Assembly: GCA_038256975.1 (NCBI GenBank)
Contig: JBBSJU010000001.1
Location: 59,087-123,086, forward strand
Direction: 5' to 3'
Source of the DNA: Minisyncoccia bacterium
Lineage (GTDB): Bacteria; Patescibacteriota; Minisyncoccia; Phycocordibacterales; UBA5272
DNA length: 64,000 bases
A model generated the notes under the pieces. It ran no database searches and was not told the origin of the DNA. It saw nothing but the letters and a program-made list of their open reading frames with translations. This document shows, piece after piece, positions 48,892 through 60,363 of the stretch (position 1 is the stretch's first letter; every line of letters starts with the position of its first letter). The translations under genes and the position numbers were made by a program.

Positions 48892-49872
48892 ATGATCGAC
48901 GAATTTAAGAAAAATTTTAAAACAGCATATCTTGCAGAAGAGTATGTGCGATTAGAAAAGGAAGAGAGCGAACTCGAATCGCTGCTTGCAAACGATGTGT
49001 CTATGGGAGAGCTTGTATCTGAAGAAAAAGCACGCATAGCTTCACGTAAAAAAGAACTTCTATCTCAAATGCAACAGATTGTTGATAAAGATAAAGAAGA
49101 GGAGGAGATTCCGAAGGTTATTATCATGGAAATTGCTGCCGGTGCGGGAGGAGATGAATCAGCGCTTTTTGCACTCGATTTAACAACTATGTATACCGGC
49201 TTTGCTGAGACGAAAGGATGGACTACAAATATTGTAGATAGTTCGCTTTCAGATAATGGAGGCTACAAAGATGTGTCGATTGAAATTAAAGGAAAAGATG
49301 CCTATGAATATTTACGATACGAAACAGGAGTACATCGGGTACAACGTGTACCGGAAACAGAAAAAAACGGACGGGTGCACACTTCAACTGTAACGGTTGC
49401 GATTACTCCTGTGCGAGAAAAGTCGGTACTTGTAGTGCCTCCTGGTGATATTGAGATGGAAACATCACGTTCCGGCGGCGCGGGCGGGCAAAATGTGAAT
49501 AAAGTTGAAACCGCGGTGCGACTTATCCATAAGCCCACTGGTCTTGCGGTGCGGTGTACTATCGAACGAAGCCAGTTGAAGAACCGTGAACGAGCGATGC
49601 AAATGCTCTTGGCTAAACTCGAACAACTTAAGGCGGAGGATGAGGCAAAGAAATCTTCAGATGATAAACGTGCCCAAGTGGGAACAGGGAGTCGGTCTGA
49701 AAAGATTCGCACATACAATTATCTTCAGGATCGTATTACTGACCACAGAATTAAGGAGTCGTGGCACTCATTGCCGCGGATTATGGAAGGGCAGGCAGGA
49801 CCTATTTTTGAAGCACTTCGTGCGGCTGCTCAAAATGGAGGTGTTGGAAGCGCTGAAGAAAGTGAGGAATAA
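48892..49872 (+). CDS. prfA: Peptide chain release factor 1
   Basis: [12 protein letters not shown] (PxT motif), [18 protein letters not shown]. Confidence 0.93.
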   Translation: MIDEFKKNFKTAYLAEEYVRLEKEESELESLLANDVSMGELVSEEKARIASRKKELLSQMQQIVDKDKEEEEIPKVIIMEIAAGAGGDESALFALDLTTMYTGFAETKGWTTNIVDSSLSDNGGYKDVSIEIKGKDAYEYLRYETGVHRVQRVPETEKNGRVHTSTVTVAITPVREKSVLVVPPGDIEMETSRSGGAGGQNVNKVETAVRLIHKPTGLAVRCTIERSQLKNRERAMQMLLAKLEQLKAEDEAKKSSDDKRAQVGTGSRSEKIRTYNYLQDRITDHRIKESWHSLPRIMEGQAGPIFEALRAAAQNGGVGSAEESEE

Positions 49873-49886
49873 GGTTTGGGAACACT

Positions 49887-50011
49887 GTCTGCGAAATACT
49901 TTTGAACCGTCGCATATGTTTTCGTGAAAATTGCTCATTCAGTAGAATGACCTACTGGGTGATTCTCGACCCGTCGGTCTGCGAAACACGGTTCAAAAGT
50001 ATTTCGCAGAC
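49887..50011 (-). repeat. REP-like structured element (family C) with perfect 24-bp terminal inverted repeats
   Basis: Arms 49887-49910 and 49988-50011; internal 27-mer shared with about 29388-29414. Confidence 0.8.
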
Positions 50012-50079
50012 GGCTTGAAAGTTGTCCATGTGAGCCTTGAATTTTGACAAGATATCTGATACTATTGCCCAATAATTAT

Positions 50080-50778
50080 ATGAACACACAGGGAACTCTT
50101 ATCGATGAAATGGTTGCTGCAGGGGCACATTACGGCTATACCCGCACCCGACGACACCCTTCAATTCGACAGTTTTTGTACGCTACAAAAGACCGTAGTG
50201 ATCTTATTGACCTGTCTAAAACATCTACACAGCTCGAAACAGTAATTAAAGTAATGGCAGACGCTATTCGCGGAGGAAAACAAATTCTTTTCTCTGGAAA
50301 TAAACCAGAAGCACAGCAAATCACAAAAGAGATTGCTCTTGCGCTCCGTATGCCGTATTCAACTAATCGATGGATTGGCGGAACTCTCACAAACTTTGGG
50401 GAAATTAAGAAGCGAATTGAAAAACTACAGGATCTTCTAGATAAAAAAGAAAAAGGGGAGCTTTCTGTATACACAAAAAAGGAGCGGTTACTTATTGACC
50501 GAAGTATTGAAAAAATGGATCAGAGTTTTGGCGGTCTCTCTGAAATGAAACAACTCCCGGCAGTGCTTTTTGTTGTTGACTCACTTGCTGAAGACACAGC
50601 GGTAAAAGAAGCAAACTTCATGCATATTCCTGTTATCTCTATCTCAAACACAGACTGTAATGTGAACATGATCGATTATCCTATTGTTGCAAACGATGCA
50701 TCACAATCGAGTCTTAAGTTCTTCTTGTCACATATCGAAAATGCGCTCAAAGACGCACGTACACCTGAAGCAAAGTAA
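50080..50778 (+). CDS. rpsB: 30S ribosomal protein S2
   Basis: AGAHYG, RWIGGTLTNF, IDYPIVANDA. Confidence 0.96.
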   Translation: MNTQGTLIDEMVAAGAHYGYTRTRRHPSIRQFLYATKDRSDLIDLSKTSTQLETVIKVMADAIRGGKQILFSGNKPEAQQITKEIALALRMPYSTNRWIGGTLTNFGEIKKRIEKLQDLLDKKEKGELSVYTKKERLLIDRSIEKMDQSFGGLSEMKQLPAVLFVVDSLAEDTAVKEANFMHIPVISISNTDCNVNMIDYPIVANDASQSSLKFFLSHIENALKDARTPEAK

Positions 50779-50801
50779 TTTTTGCGGTATAATACATTTC
50801 T

Positions 50802-51341
50802 ATGACTATTTCTATTGAAGCGGTAAAAGAACTTCGTGAGAAAACAGGTATTTCTATCGCAGAATGTCGTAAAGCACTTGAAGAAACACAAGGAGACATG
50901 GATAAGGCCCTTGAGTTTCTTAAAGAGAGAAGTGCAATTACTGCGGCCAAGAAGTCCGATCGAGAGCTCGGAAGTCATGCTGTCGCTGCGTATATTCATC
51001 CAACAGGAGGAATGGGAGTGCTTGTTGATTTGATGTGTGAGACAGATTTTGTTTCTCAGAACGAAGAAATCAAAGCCCTTGCAAAGGATATTGCTATGCA
51101 AGTTGCTTCGATGAACCCTCTTGTTGTTAAACGAGAAGATATCACAGAGGATATGATGGCAACACTCAAGGCCGAGCTCGAAGAAGGTGGTGATATCGAA
51201 GCAAAGATAAAAGAAGTTACACTTTTTGAACAGCCGTTCATTAAAAATCCTGAAATGACCGTTCAAAACCTTGTTGCGCAAGCGATTCAAAAATTTGGAG
51301 AGAATGTTGTCGTGGCTCACATGACTCGCTACGGTAACTAG
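50802..51341 (+). CDS. tsf: Elongation factor Ts (short form)
   Basis: VKELREKTG, CETDFV, DIAMQVA; follows rpsB. Confidence 0.95.
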   Translation: MTISIEAVKELREKTGISIAECRKALEETQGDMDKALEFLKERSAITAAKKSDRELGSHAVAAYIHPTGGMGVLVDLMCETDFVSQNEEIKALAKDIAMQVASMNPLVVKREDITEDMMATLKAELEEGGDIEAKIKEVTLFEQPFIKNPEMTVQNLVAQAIQKFGENVVVAHMTRYGN

Positions 51342-51359
51342 TGAGTCCGACAACACAGT

Positions 51360-51749
51360 ATGCTTCCATATATTTTTATTGGGTGCGGCATCGCGGTATT
51401 GGTTACTCTATCTGTAATGCTTACTCGGCGTGCGAAAGTTGTTGAGGTGGGCACCGTAGAAGAATTATACGGTGAATATGGAGGTCTGGGAGAAGTGTAT
51501 ATGTATCTGTACTCAATATACAGGAACATTTTACGGACTGCTGATGGACTTAAAAAACTTGCATTTCAGTATATTTTCCATATACTAGTTCGAGTACTCT
51601 ATTACGTAAAAGATTTCTCAAATGGCGCGTACGCATTTGCTAGAAACCAGTTCGTGAAAAATGCGGTGAAGAGTAAGGTTTCGGTCTCATTTTTTTGGAC
51701 TCATTTAAAAGAGTATAAAAAACAGATTGAGAAGGAACAAAAAGGATAG
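51360..51749 (+). CDS. Hypothetical membrane-anchored protein
   Basis: N-terminal TM segment; co-directional ORF between tsf and a tRNA. Confidence 0.55.
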   Translation: MLPYIFIGCGIAVLVTLSVMLTRRAKVVEVGTVEELYGEYGGLGEVYMYLYSIYRNILRTADGLKKLAFQYIFHILVRVLYYVKDFSNGAYAFARNQFVKNAVKSKVSVSFFWTHLKEYKKQIEKEQKG

Positions 51750-51756
51750 CCAAGTC

Positions 51757-51832
51757 GCCGCTTTAGCTCAGTTGGTAGAGCAACGGTTTTGTAAACCGTA
51801 GGTCGTCAGTTCGAATCTGACAAGCGGCTCCA
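51757..51832 (+). tRNA. tRNA-Thr(TGT)
   Basis: Canonical cloverleaf; anticodon arm ACGGT-TTTGTAA-ACCGT; CCA. Confidence 0.97.
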
Positions 51833-51868
51833 AAAAGAAAAACACCCGTACGGGTGTTTTTCTTTTTG
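51831..51868. terminator. Bidirectional intrinsic terminator
   Basis: CAAAAAGAAAAACACCCG-TA-CGGGTGTTTTTCTTTTTG. Confidence 0.8.
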
Positions 51869-51878
51869 ATATGTTTTT

Positions 51879-52553
51879 CTACTTCTTTTTGGGTGTGCTT
51901 GTTGCGGTAGTTGATGTGGCACGGAGAGACTGGGGAAGAAGGGCGTTCATCTCCTCAAGTGATTTGAATCCATAGTATGTCTTACCTTGAATTACGAAGG
52001 CGGGGAGGGTATTTTCTACCTTATAGACACTTAAGAGTGTTTTGATAGCAGACAGGTCGAGTTCGGCATCAAACGAGTACACACGAAGGTCAGGGTAGTT
52101 TTTACGGACCTCGGTGAGTACATACCCCTGATTTTCACAGGTAGGGCAATTTTCCTTATTTCCGTATAAGTAGATAAGAAAGACCGTCCTTTTGCTACAT
52201 GTTTCAGAAAGGCGTTTACTTAGAAGATAGTCTTTAATTTGCAGAAGTGAATAGTATTGTTTCAAGTACAACGTCTCACTGTCTGCGATACCTCGTTCGC
52301 TTTCAAGTCGAGTGAGTTTGTCACCAAGTGTGCCGAGTTCACCAGAGAGGATTGATTTATCAACATCATTGCATTGTACTTCGCGTAAAAGATCAAATTG
52401 AGTTTCTGATGAAAGAATGTCAAGCGCGATGCGTTGTTCGATCGATTTAATATTTTCTGTTTTTTTATTGCTTAGATAATCAGAAAGAAGAAATGCGCCC
52501 CCGAAGATACTTGCGGTAATAATGAATGAAAGAATGTATTTTGAAAATTGCAT
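51879..52553 (-). CDS. Membrane-anchored protein with thioredoxin-like CxxC domain
   Basis: N-terminal TM; CPTC; LP.FVI.G. Confidence 0.65.
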   Translation of the reverse strand: MQFSKYILSFIITASIFGGAFLLSDYLSNKKTENIKSIEQRIALDILSSETQFDLLREVQCNDVDKSILSGELGTLGDKLTRLESERGIADSETLYLKQYYSLLQIKDYLLSKRLSETCSKRTVFLIYLYGNKENCPTCENQGYVLTEVRKNYPDLRVYSFDAELDLSAIKTLLSVYKVENTLPAFVIQGKTYYGFKSLEEMNALLPQSLRATSTTATSTPKKK

Positions 52554-52576
52554 GATTGTAATTATGAATTATTTTT

Positions 52577-52657
52577 TGTAAACCCGTCACTCATAAGTAG
52601 TTTTTCTCTGCCAGACCTTACCCTACCCAAAGAAAAACTACTTATTCGTTTTTTGCA
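52577..52657 (-). repeat. Structured repeat family B, copy 3
   Basis: Reverse strand reads CGAATAAGTAGTTTTTCTTTGGGTAGGGTAAGGTCTGGCAGAGAAAAACTACTTATGAGTGA. Confidence 0.85.
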
Positions 52658-52662
52658 TACTA

Positions 52663-53895
52663 TTACCTCCAACTATTATGCTTTCCACGCAAAAGGTCAA
52701 TACCTGCGCGCCAGAGCCAAAAAGGAGCAAGAATCGGGTAAACCACAAAGAACGATACAAGCTCTAAGAGCGAGCCTCGTTCGCGGGTCATGCGAATGCC
52801 AAAACTAATGAGAGTAAGGGTGATAATAAGAAGCAGGGTTGCAAGAAGCGATAAGGTGCTTGTGTTTACGTAGAACCAGTCAAAATTAAAGTCAGGTGTC
52901 GTAATTCCTGTTATCCCTACTTTTCCTACTTGTTCCCCAATCCATTGGCTCAAATTTATAATTGAGTACATGCTTATAAAAAGTGCGATGAAGTAATAAA
53001 CAACTGCCATAGGGAGAATAAGTATACCGAGGTGTCCGTACTGAATCCTAAAGAAAAGTTCCCGATAGTCTATGAGATTGAGAAGATTTCCTTGTACCCA
53101 ACGAAGTCGTTGGCGAAATAGAGTATACGGTGTTGCAGGAGTTGTCGTATATACAAACGCGCGTGGTGCATTGCCTATTTTGTAGCCATGTTTATGCATA
53201 CGGAGTGCAATTTCGAAGTCTTCAGTATTGTATGCCTTTTTGTAGAGTCCAAGATCTTCGAACACTTTTCTTCGGAATATAGAGAAAGGTCCTGGAGTTA
53301 CTTGAATAGCGCTTAAATCACCAAATATGCGCTTAAGGAGGGCTCCAACAGTGTATTCAATCTTTTGTGCGCGCTGTATGAAAGTCTTCGGGGACTTCAC
53401 AATCATACAAGGGGTCACCGCCATCATGTCGGGATTTTGAAATACTGTAACTATTTCCTGCAATGCATCAGGGTGTACAAAGGAGTCAGCATCAAGACAT
53501 CCAACGAGTTCTGCTCTAGTTTGGTTGATCCCAAAATTTACTGCCGTGTGCTTACCCCCATTTTCTTTGCTGAATATTTTTATTTGGGGCTCGTGTTCAA
53601 ACTCTTTGGAAATCGAGAGAGTATTGTCAGTGCTCCCATCGTCTATAACAAGGATTTCAAGTTTGTCTTTCGGGTAGTTGAGAGCAAGAAGGCTTTCAAG
53701 GGTTCCACGAAGCGTTCGCTCCTCGTTCCATACGGGTACAATAATGCAAACTGAAAAAAGAGTTGGACCTCCTTTCTTTGCTTTTGTGAGTTTATTGTCT
53801 TTCTTTTCAAAAAAGGTAATCAAAAGAAACACCTGAAAGAAGAGGGAAATGAAGATAATCCCGAGAATAATGACTTCCGGCGCACCTGAAAACAT
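52663..53895 (-). CDS. Processive glycosyltransferase family 2 (PgaC/cellulose synthase-like)
   Basis: DDGSTD, DAD, TED and QRLRW motifs with flanking TM segments. Confidence 0.9.
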   Translation of the reverse strand: MFSGAPEVIILGIIFISLFFQVFLLITFFEKKDNKLTKAKKGGPTLFSVCIIVPVWNEERTLRGTLESLLALNYPKDKLEILVIDDGSTDNTLSISKEFEHEPQIKIFSKENGGKHTAVNFGINQTRAELVGCLDADSFVHPDALQEIVTVFQNPDMMAVTPCMIVKSPKTFIQRAQKIEYTVGALLKRIFGDLSAIQVTPGPFSIFRRKVFEDLGLYKKAYNTEDFEIALRMHKHGYKIGNAPRAFVYTTTPATPYTLFRQRLRWVQGNLLNLIDYRELFFRIQYGHLGILILPMAVVYYFIALFISMYSIINLSQWIGEQVGKVGITGITTPDFNFDWFYVNTSTLSLLATLLLIITLTLISFGIRMTRERGSLLELVSFFVVYPILAPFWLWRAGIDLLRGKHNSWR

Positions 53896-53965
53896 GTAGG
53901 GAACTATAGCATAATTTTGACATTTTTCAATTTCATGTTGACTTTGAATTCTTTGTGTAGTACGA

Positions 53966-54196
53966 ATGTATTACCGCCCGAAGGGGTTTAAGGGGAGAGA
54001 TACCGTGAGGCAAGGAGTGTTCCAGAATGAAAAAGGCCAATGGATCCACTGGATTCATCTTGACGAAGGGTGGATTCCTGGAGGACATGGCTGGGTTAGT
54101 CAGGCTGAGATTGGTCAGGAGAATTGTTGGCACAAATTGATTGACTTCCCAACTTTGTTTGCCGAGCGCAAGAAGGAAGCAAAAGGAACCATTTGA
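53966..54196 (+). CDS. Small hypothetical protein
   Basis: 76-aa W/G-rich ORF filling the intergenic gap, followed by a hairpin. Confidence 0.4.
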   Translation: MYYRPKGFKGRDTVRQGVFQNEKGQWIHWIHLDEGWIPGGHGWVSQAEIGQENCWHKLIDFPTLFAERKKEAKGTI

Positions 54197-54266
54197 TGTC
54201 GGATACCGGTGCGCAAGGCGCACCGGTATTTATATTCAAAACTTTTCTGTATGTTAGTATAGAAAA

Positions 54267-55001
54267 ATGGAACAAAAAGGGCATTTGCACCCACTTTCAA
54301 TACTGATAAATGATATTACACAAGCGGGGGTAAAGCTCGGCTTTGATATTGTAGATGGTCCAGAACTTGAACAGGAAAAGTACAATTTCGACATGCTCAA
54401 CATTCCTTCATGGCATCCGGCACGGGACATGTGGGATACCTTTTGGGTCAAAACACTTGCAGAAAAAGGGAGACGAGTAATGCGCACCCATACATCATCT
54501 GTCCAGCCGCGATATATGGAGAGTCATACGCCGCCATTTGCAGTACTTGTGCCTGGTAAAGTTTTTCGCTACGAACCAACAGACGCAACGCACGAAGCGC
54601 AGTTTTTCCAGCTCGATGGTTTTATGGTTGGCAAAGATGTTTCTGTTGCCACAATGAAATCTTTTTTCGCTCAATTCTTTAGTGAGCTTTTTAAGAAAGA
54701 AATTAACGTCCGGATGCGTCCAAGTTATTTTCCATTTGTTGAGCCTGGCGTTGAGGTTGATATGAGTTGTTTCAAGTGCGGAGGAAGTGGCTGTAATACA
54801 TGTAAACATACAGGTTGGATAGAAATTATGGGAGCAGGGATGATTCATCCGAAAGTACTCGTTGCGTGTGGGCTTAATCCTGAAGAGTGGCAAGGGTTTG
54901 CGTTTGGTGTGGGAATAGACCGTATTGCCATGATGAAATATGGCATTGATGATGTCCGGCATTTATATAATGGTGATGTGCGTGTATCGGCACAATTTTA
55001 G
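54267..55001 (+). CDS. pheS: Phenylalanyl-tRNA synthetase alpha subunit (lacks N-terminal coiled coil)
   Basis: HPARDM.DTF, RTHTS, RPSYFPFVEP, GAGMIHP, FAFG.GIDR. Confidence 0.95.
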   Translation: MEQKGHLHPLSILINDITQAGVKLGFDIVDGPELEQEKYNFDMLNIPSWHPARDMWDTFWVKTLAEKGRRVMRTHTSSVQPRYMESHTPPFAVLVPGKVFRYEPTDATHEAQFFQLDGFMVGKDVSVATMKSFFAQFFSELFKKEINVRMRPSYFPFVEPGVEVDMSCFKCGGSGCNTCKHTGWIEIMGAGMIHPKVLVACGLNPEEWQGFAFGVGIDRIAMMKYGIDDVRHLYNGDVRVSAQF

Positions 55002-55004
55002 AAT

Positions 55005-56924
55005 ATGAAAGTCTACACAGAAGTTTTAAAACAATTCATTTCTGATTTACCTGACACAGAAACCTTGAAGTCGGTACTGACGAATCATGCTTTTGAAGTT
55101 GAAGAAGTTATCAAAAAAGAAAAAGGGGATGCTATTGATTTGAAAGTGCTTCCTGACCGTGCACACGACGCACTCTCTCACCGTGGTGTGGCACGCGAGA
55201 TAGCGACACACACAGGTAAAAAGTTTAACGAAGTTGCAACACAGACGCTCACTCCAACTACGGAAGTTTCTTCTGTTCCTGTTCGTGTTGAGAGCGAACT
55301 TTGCCATCGGTACATGGCTCTACGAATAGAGAATGTCTCTGTGGCTAAATCTCCTGCATGGCTTTCTGAAATACTTGGTGTGCTTGATCAAAAAAGTATT
55401 AACACGTTAGTTGATCTAACTAACTATATACTTTTTGAGCTTGGGCAGCCGATGCATGTGTTTGATGCAGAAAAAGTAAAGGGTGCAATTACGGTGCGTA
55501 CGGCACGCGCAGGCGAGACAATGACAACGCTCGATAATAAGGAGCTTACTCTTACTGAAGAGATGTTGGTGATTGCTGATGATGAGGCTGTGCTCGCACT
55601 TGCGGGAATTAAAGGCGGGAAAAAAGCGGAAGTAGATGCGAACACAAAATCTATTATTCTTGAATGCGCAAATTTTGATTCTATTTCGGTGCGTAGAAGC
55701 GCATTTAAAGTTGGTATTCGTACTGATGCTTCAAAACGATTTGAAAATAATTATCCTTCTCTATGGGCAGAGCAGACGCTTTTGCGATATGTGTATTTAT
55801 TGCAAAAAGAACAACCAGACATTTCCTACGGAGAAGTCACTGATATATATCCAAATCCAAAGATGTCGTTTCTCGCAACAATAACAACCAAACGAACAAA
55901 CGAATGGCTGGGGACGCAGCTTTCTTCAAGTGAGATTTCTGAGATACTTACAAAACTTCATTTGGAACACGTACAAAAAGACGAGGGTGTTTTTGAGGTA
56001 ACATGTAACGACAATTTATTTAATATCCGAAGCGTTGATGATCAAAAGTACGTTTCATATCAAATCATTGGGCACATTGGACGAGTGCTTGGCTATGATG
56101 CAGGCATACAAGAAAAAGAATACATGCCTCTCAAGCCACGAGGGCAAGTTGTGCCGTATATTACAGAAACTGATCGAATACGAAACGAGCTTGTGGCACG
56201 AGGATTTGTGGAAGTGCGTACTTACCATTTTCAGAATGAAGGCGAAGAGGAGCTTGAAAATCCAATCGCAAATGATAAAAAGTTTATTCGTTCAAATTTG
56301 TATCTGGGTATGAGCGAGGCGCTCACAAAAGCAACATACAACGCACCGCTTCTTGGACGAACCGATATTTTTATTTTTGAAATAGGAACGGTTGTAACGA
56401 AAGAAAAAGGAGAAGTTATACATTTGGCACTTGCTGGATTTAAGCAAAATCAAAAGAAACAAAAAGTAATTGATGTCCTCAAACAAACCTTGAGCGAAAT
56501 CGGTCTCGATACAAATGTCGAAAAAGAAACAGAGAATTATATAGAAGTAGTAATTTCTGCCCACAATGAACTTTTTGAAGCAGCACAAGATGTTGTAGAT
56601 CTTGTACATGAATCACAATATGTGAATTGGAAACCGCTTTCTGTGTATCCTTTTATGACTCGAGATATTGCCTTTTTTGTTTCTGAAGAAGCGAAACAAA
56701 AAGACCTACAAGAGATTTTTCTTTTATGGGCAGGTGCGCTTTGTGTGCGAGTAGATATGTTTGATGAATTTGAAAAAACGCTTGAGGATGGAACTAAGAA
56801 ACTCTCTCAAGCCTACCGACTTGTGTTTCAGTCGCAAGAAAAAACACTCACGGATGACGAGGTGAATGTGTGTATGCAAAACGTTGAAAGAGAAATCGAA
56901 TCTCTTGGATGTGAAGTTCGTTAA
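55005..56924 (+). CDS. pheT: Phenylalanyl-tRNA synthetase beta subunit (shortened)
   Basis: PDR.....SHRGVARE, ELGQPMHVFD, TDASKRFE, C-terminal TLTDDEV. Confidence 0.92.
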   Translation: MKVYTEVLKQFISDLPDTETLKSVLTNHAFEVEEVIKKEKGDAIDLKVLPDRAHDALSHRGVAREIATHTGKKFNEVATQTLTPTTEVSSVPVRVESELCHRYMALRIENVSVAKSPAWLSEILGVLDQKSINTLVDLTNYILFELGQPMHVFDAEKVKGAITVRTARAGETMTTLDNKELTLTEEMLVIADDEAVLALAGIKGGKKAEVDANTKSIILECANFDSISVRRSAFKVGIRTDASKRFENNYPSLWAEQTLLRYVYLLQKEQPDISYGEVTDIYPNPKMSFLATITTKRTNEWLGTQLSSSEISEILTKLHLEHVQKDEGVFEVTCNDNLFNIRSVDDQKYVSYQIIGHIGRVLGYDAGIQEKEYMPLKPRGQVVPYITETDRIRNELVARGFVEVRTYHFQNEGEEELENPIANDKKFIRSNLYLGMSEALTKATYNAPLLGRTDIFIFEIGTVVTKEKGEVIHLALAGFKQNQKKQKVIDVLKQTLSEIGLDTNVEKETENYIEVVISAHNELFEAAQDVVDLVHESQYVNWKPLSVYPFMTRDIAFFVSEEAKQKDLQEIFLLWAGALCVRVDMFDEFEKTLEDGTKKLSQAYRLVFQSQEKTLTDDEVNVCMQNVEREIESLGCEVR

Positions 56925-56933
56925 TATTAGTGT

Positions 56934-57611
56934 ATGAAGCTTGTTATTTTAGCAGCAGGAAAGGGAACACGAATGGGGGAACTGACAAAAGATACTCCCA
57001 AGCCGATGCTTAAAGTTCTTGGTAAAAATTTAATAGAACATAAACTTGAGGCAACGCCACTTGAACAGATTTCAGAAATTGTTCTTGTTGTTGGGTATTT
57101 GCAACATGTGATTCGTGATTATTTTGGATCTGAGTATAAAGGCGTTTCTATTACCTATATCGAAGACACACTTCAAGGCACTGGAAAAGCAGTATGGAAC
57201 GCAAAGCATGTACTTAATGAACCATTTTTAGTGATGATGGGAGATGACATGTATCACACAGATGATATTGCAATGATTTTAAGAACAAAGGGTGGCATTC
57301 TCCTTGATCGTGTAAAGAAGGAAACAAAAAGCGGAAAAGTTATTATTCAAAATCATGGCATTGTAGATGTTGTTGAAGGTGCAATACTGCAACCAGGCGA
57401 ACCTATTAATGCAGCTCTTTATCATCTGACTCCAGAAATTTTTAATTTTGAATTAGTGAAATTAACAGATCGAGAAAACGAGTGGGGACTTCCACAGACA
57501 ATCATCCCACATAAAGACGAGTACATTCTTACTCCTGTATATGCTACTTGCTGGATACAAATTACTGCGCCAGAGGATATAGAAAAAGCGGAACGGGAAT
57601 TGGAAAAATAA
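56934..57611 (+). CDS. Sugar-phosphate nucleotidyltransferase
   Basis: ILAAGKGTRM..LT...PKPML. Confidence 0.85.
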   Translation: MKLVILAAGKGTRMGELTKDTPKPMLKVLGKNLIEHKLEATPLEQISEIVLVVGYLQHVIRDYFGSEYKGVSITYIEDTLQGTGKAVWNAKHVLNEPFLVMMGDDMYHTDDIAMILRTKGGILLDRVKKETKSGKVIIQNHGIVDVVEGAILQPGEPINAALYHLTPEIFNFELVKLTDRENEWGLPQTIIPHKDEYILTPVYATCWIQITAPEDIEKAERELEK

Positions 57612-57707
57612 AATTTATAAAGCGCTACGTAGAGACCAGTTGACACTGGTATTTTTTTGTTGTATGAATTAACATATCAACCGCACGGAGCGGCAGGAGT
57701 TCTTTAT

Positions 57708-58130
57708 ATGATGAAGGTCCATGCGTGGCTTTTAAACTATGTCCAAAAATTTGTAGATTGGGCCGCACGGCAAGGCCTCGACCTCTTTTGTGTTGTCAAT
57801 ATTGTGTTGACTACTCATGTGGTCATTTCCGCTTTCGCTATTCCTACACAGTCAGTCCTTTCGAAGATGTCTTGGGTTCTGATGTTCTCCATTAATTACT
57901 CAGTATGGCGTATGGACATGCCTCGAATTAAGCCAGGGCATGTTAATCCAAGGAAACTTGTTCGTGGATGGTCTATACTTTCTCTCTGGTTTCTTTTTCT
58001 GAGTATTGTGCCTCCAATAAGTATTCTTTCACTACAATTTATGTCATTGAGTTTGTTTTTTCTTATTTCGCAATGCGACTACATTGAGCCACGGTTGCGA
58101 CAAAAGAAACGAAAAGAAGCTTTCGCATAG
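57708..58130 (+). CDS. Hypothetical membrane protein (ORFan)
   Basis: TTGACA at 57640, AGGAG SD, TM segments, downstream hairpin. Confidence 0.55.
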   Translation: MMKVHAWLLNYVQKFVDWAARQGLDLFCVVNIVLTTHVVISAFAIPTQSVLSKMSWVLMFSINYSVWRMDMPRIKPGHVNPRKLVRGWSILSLWFLFLSIVPPISILSLQFMSLSLFFLISQCDYIEPRLRQKKRKEAFA

Positions 58131-58266
58131 ATTACCACCCCTACCGCCCACTTGCACAAAAACCGTGCTTGGAGGGCGGTTTTTGTTTTAGCCTAAATAA
58201 GTCGTCTGCTTTGCAAGAAATACCCTTGATTGTCAATGAAAAACAATGTTTTTTGTGGTATACTAG

Positions 58267-60303
<2,037 letters not shown>

Positions 60304-60310
60304 GAATTAA

Positions 60311-60354
60311 AATAGAAATAAAGCCGTACAATTTTGTACGGCTTTATTTCTATT
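60311..60354. terminator. Bidirectional intrinsic terminator
   Basis: AATAGAAATAAAGCCGTACAA/TTGTACGGCTTTATTTCTATT between gyrB and thrS. Confidence 0.85.
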
Positions 60355-60363
60355 AGTGTTGTC

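Noticed and set aside
51757-51832. tRNA-Thr as an integration site
   Set aside because: No duplicated tRNA 3' end or integrase seen in the window
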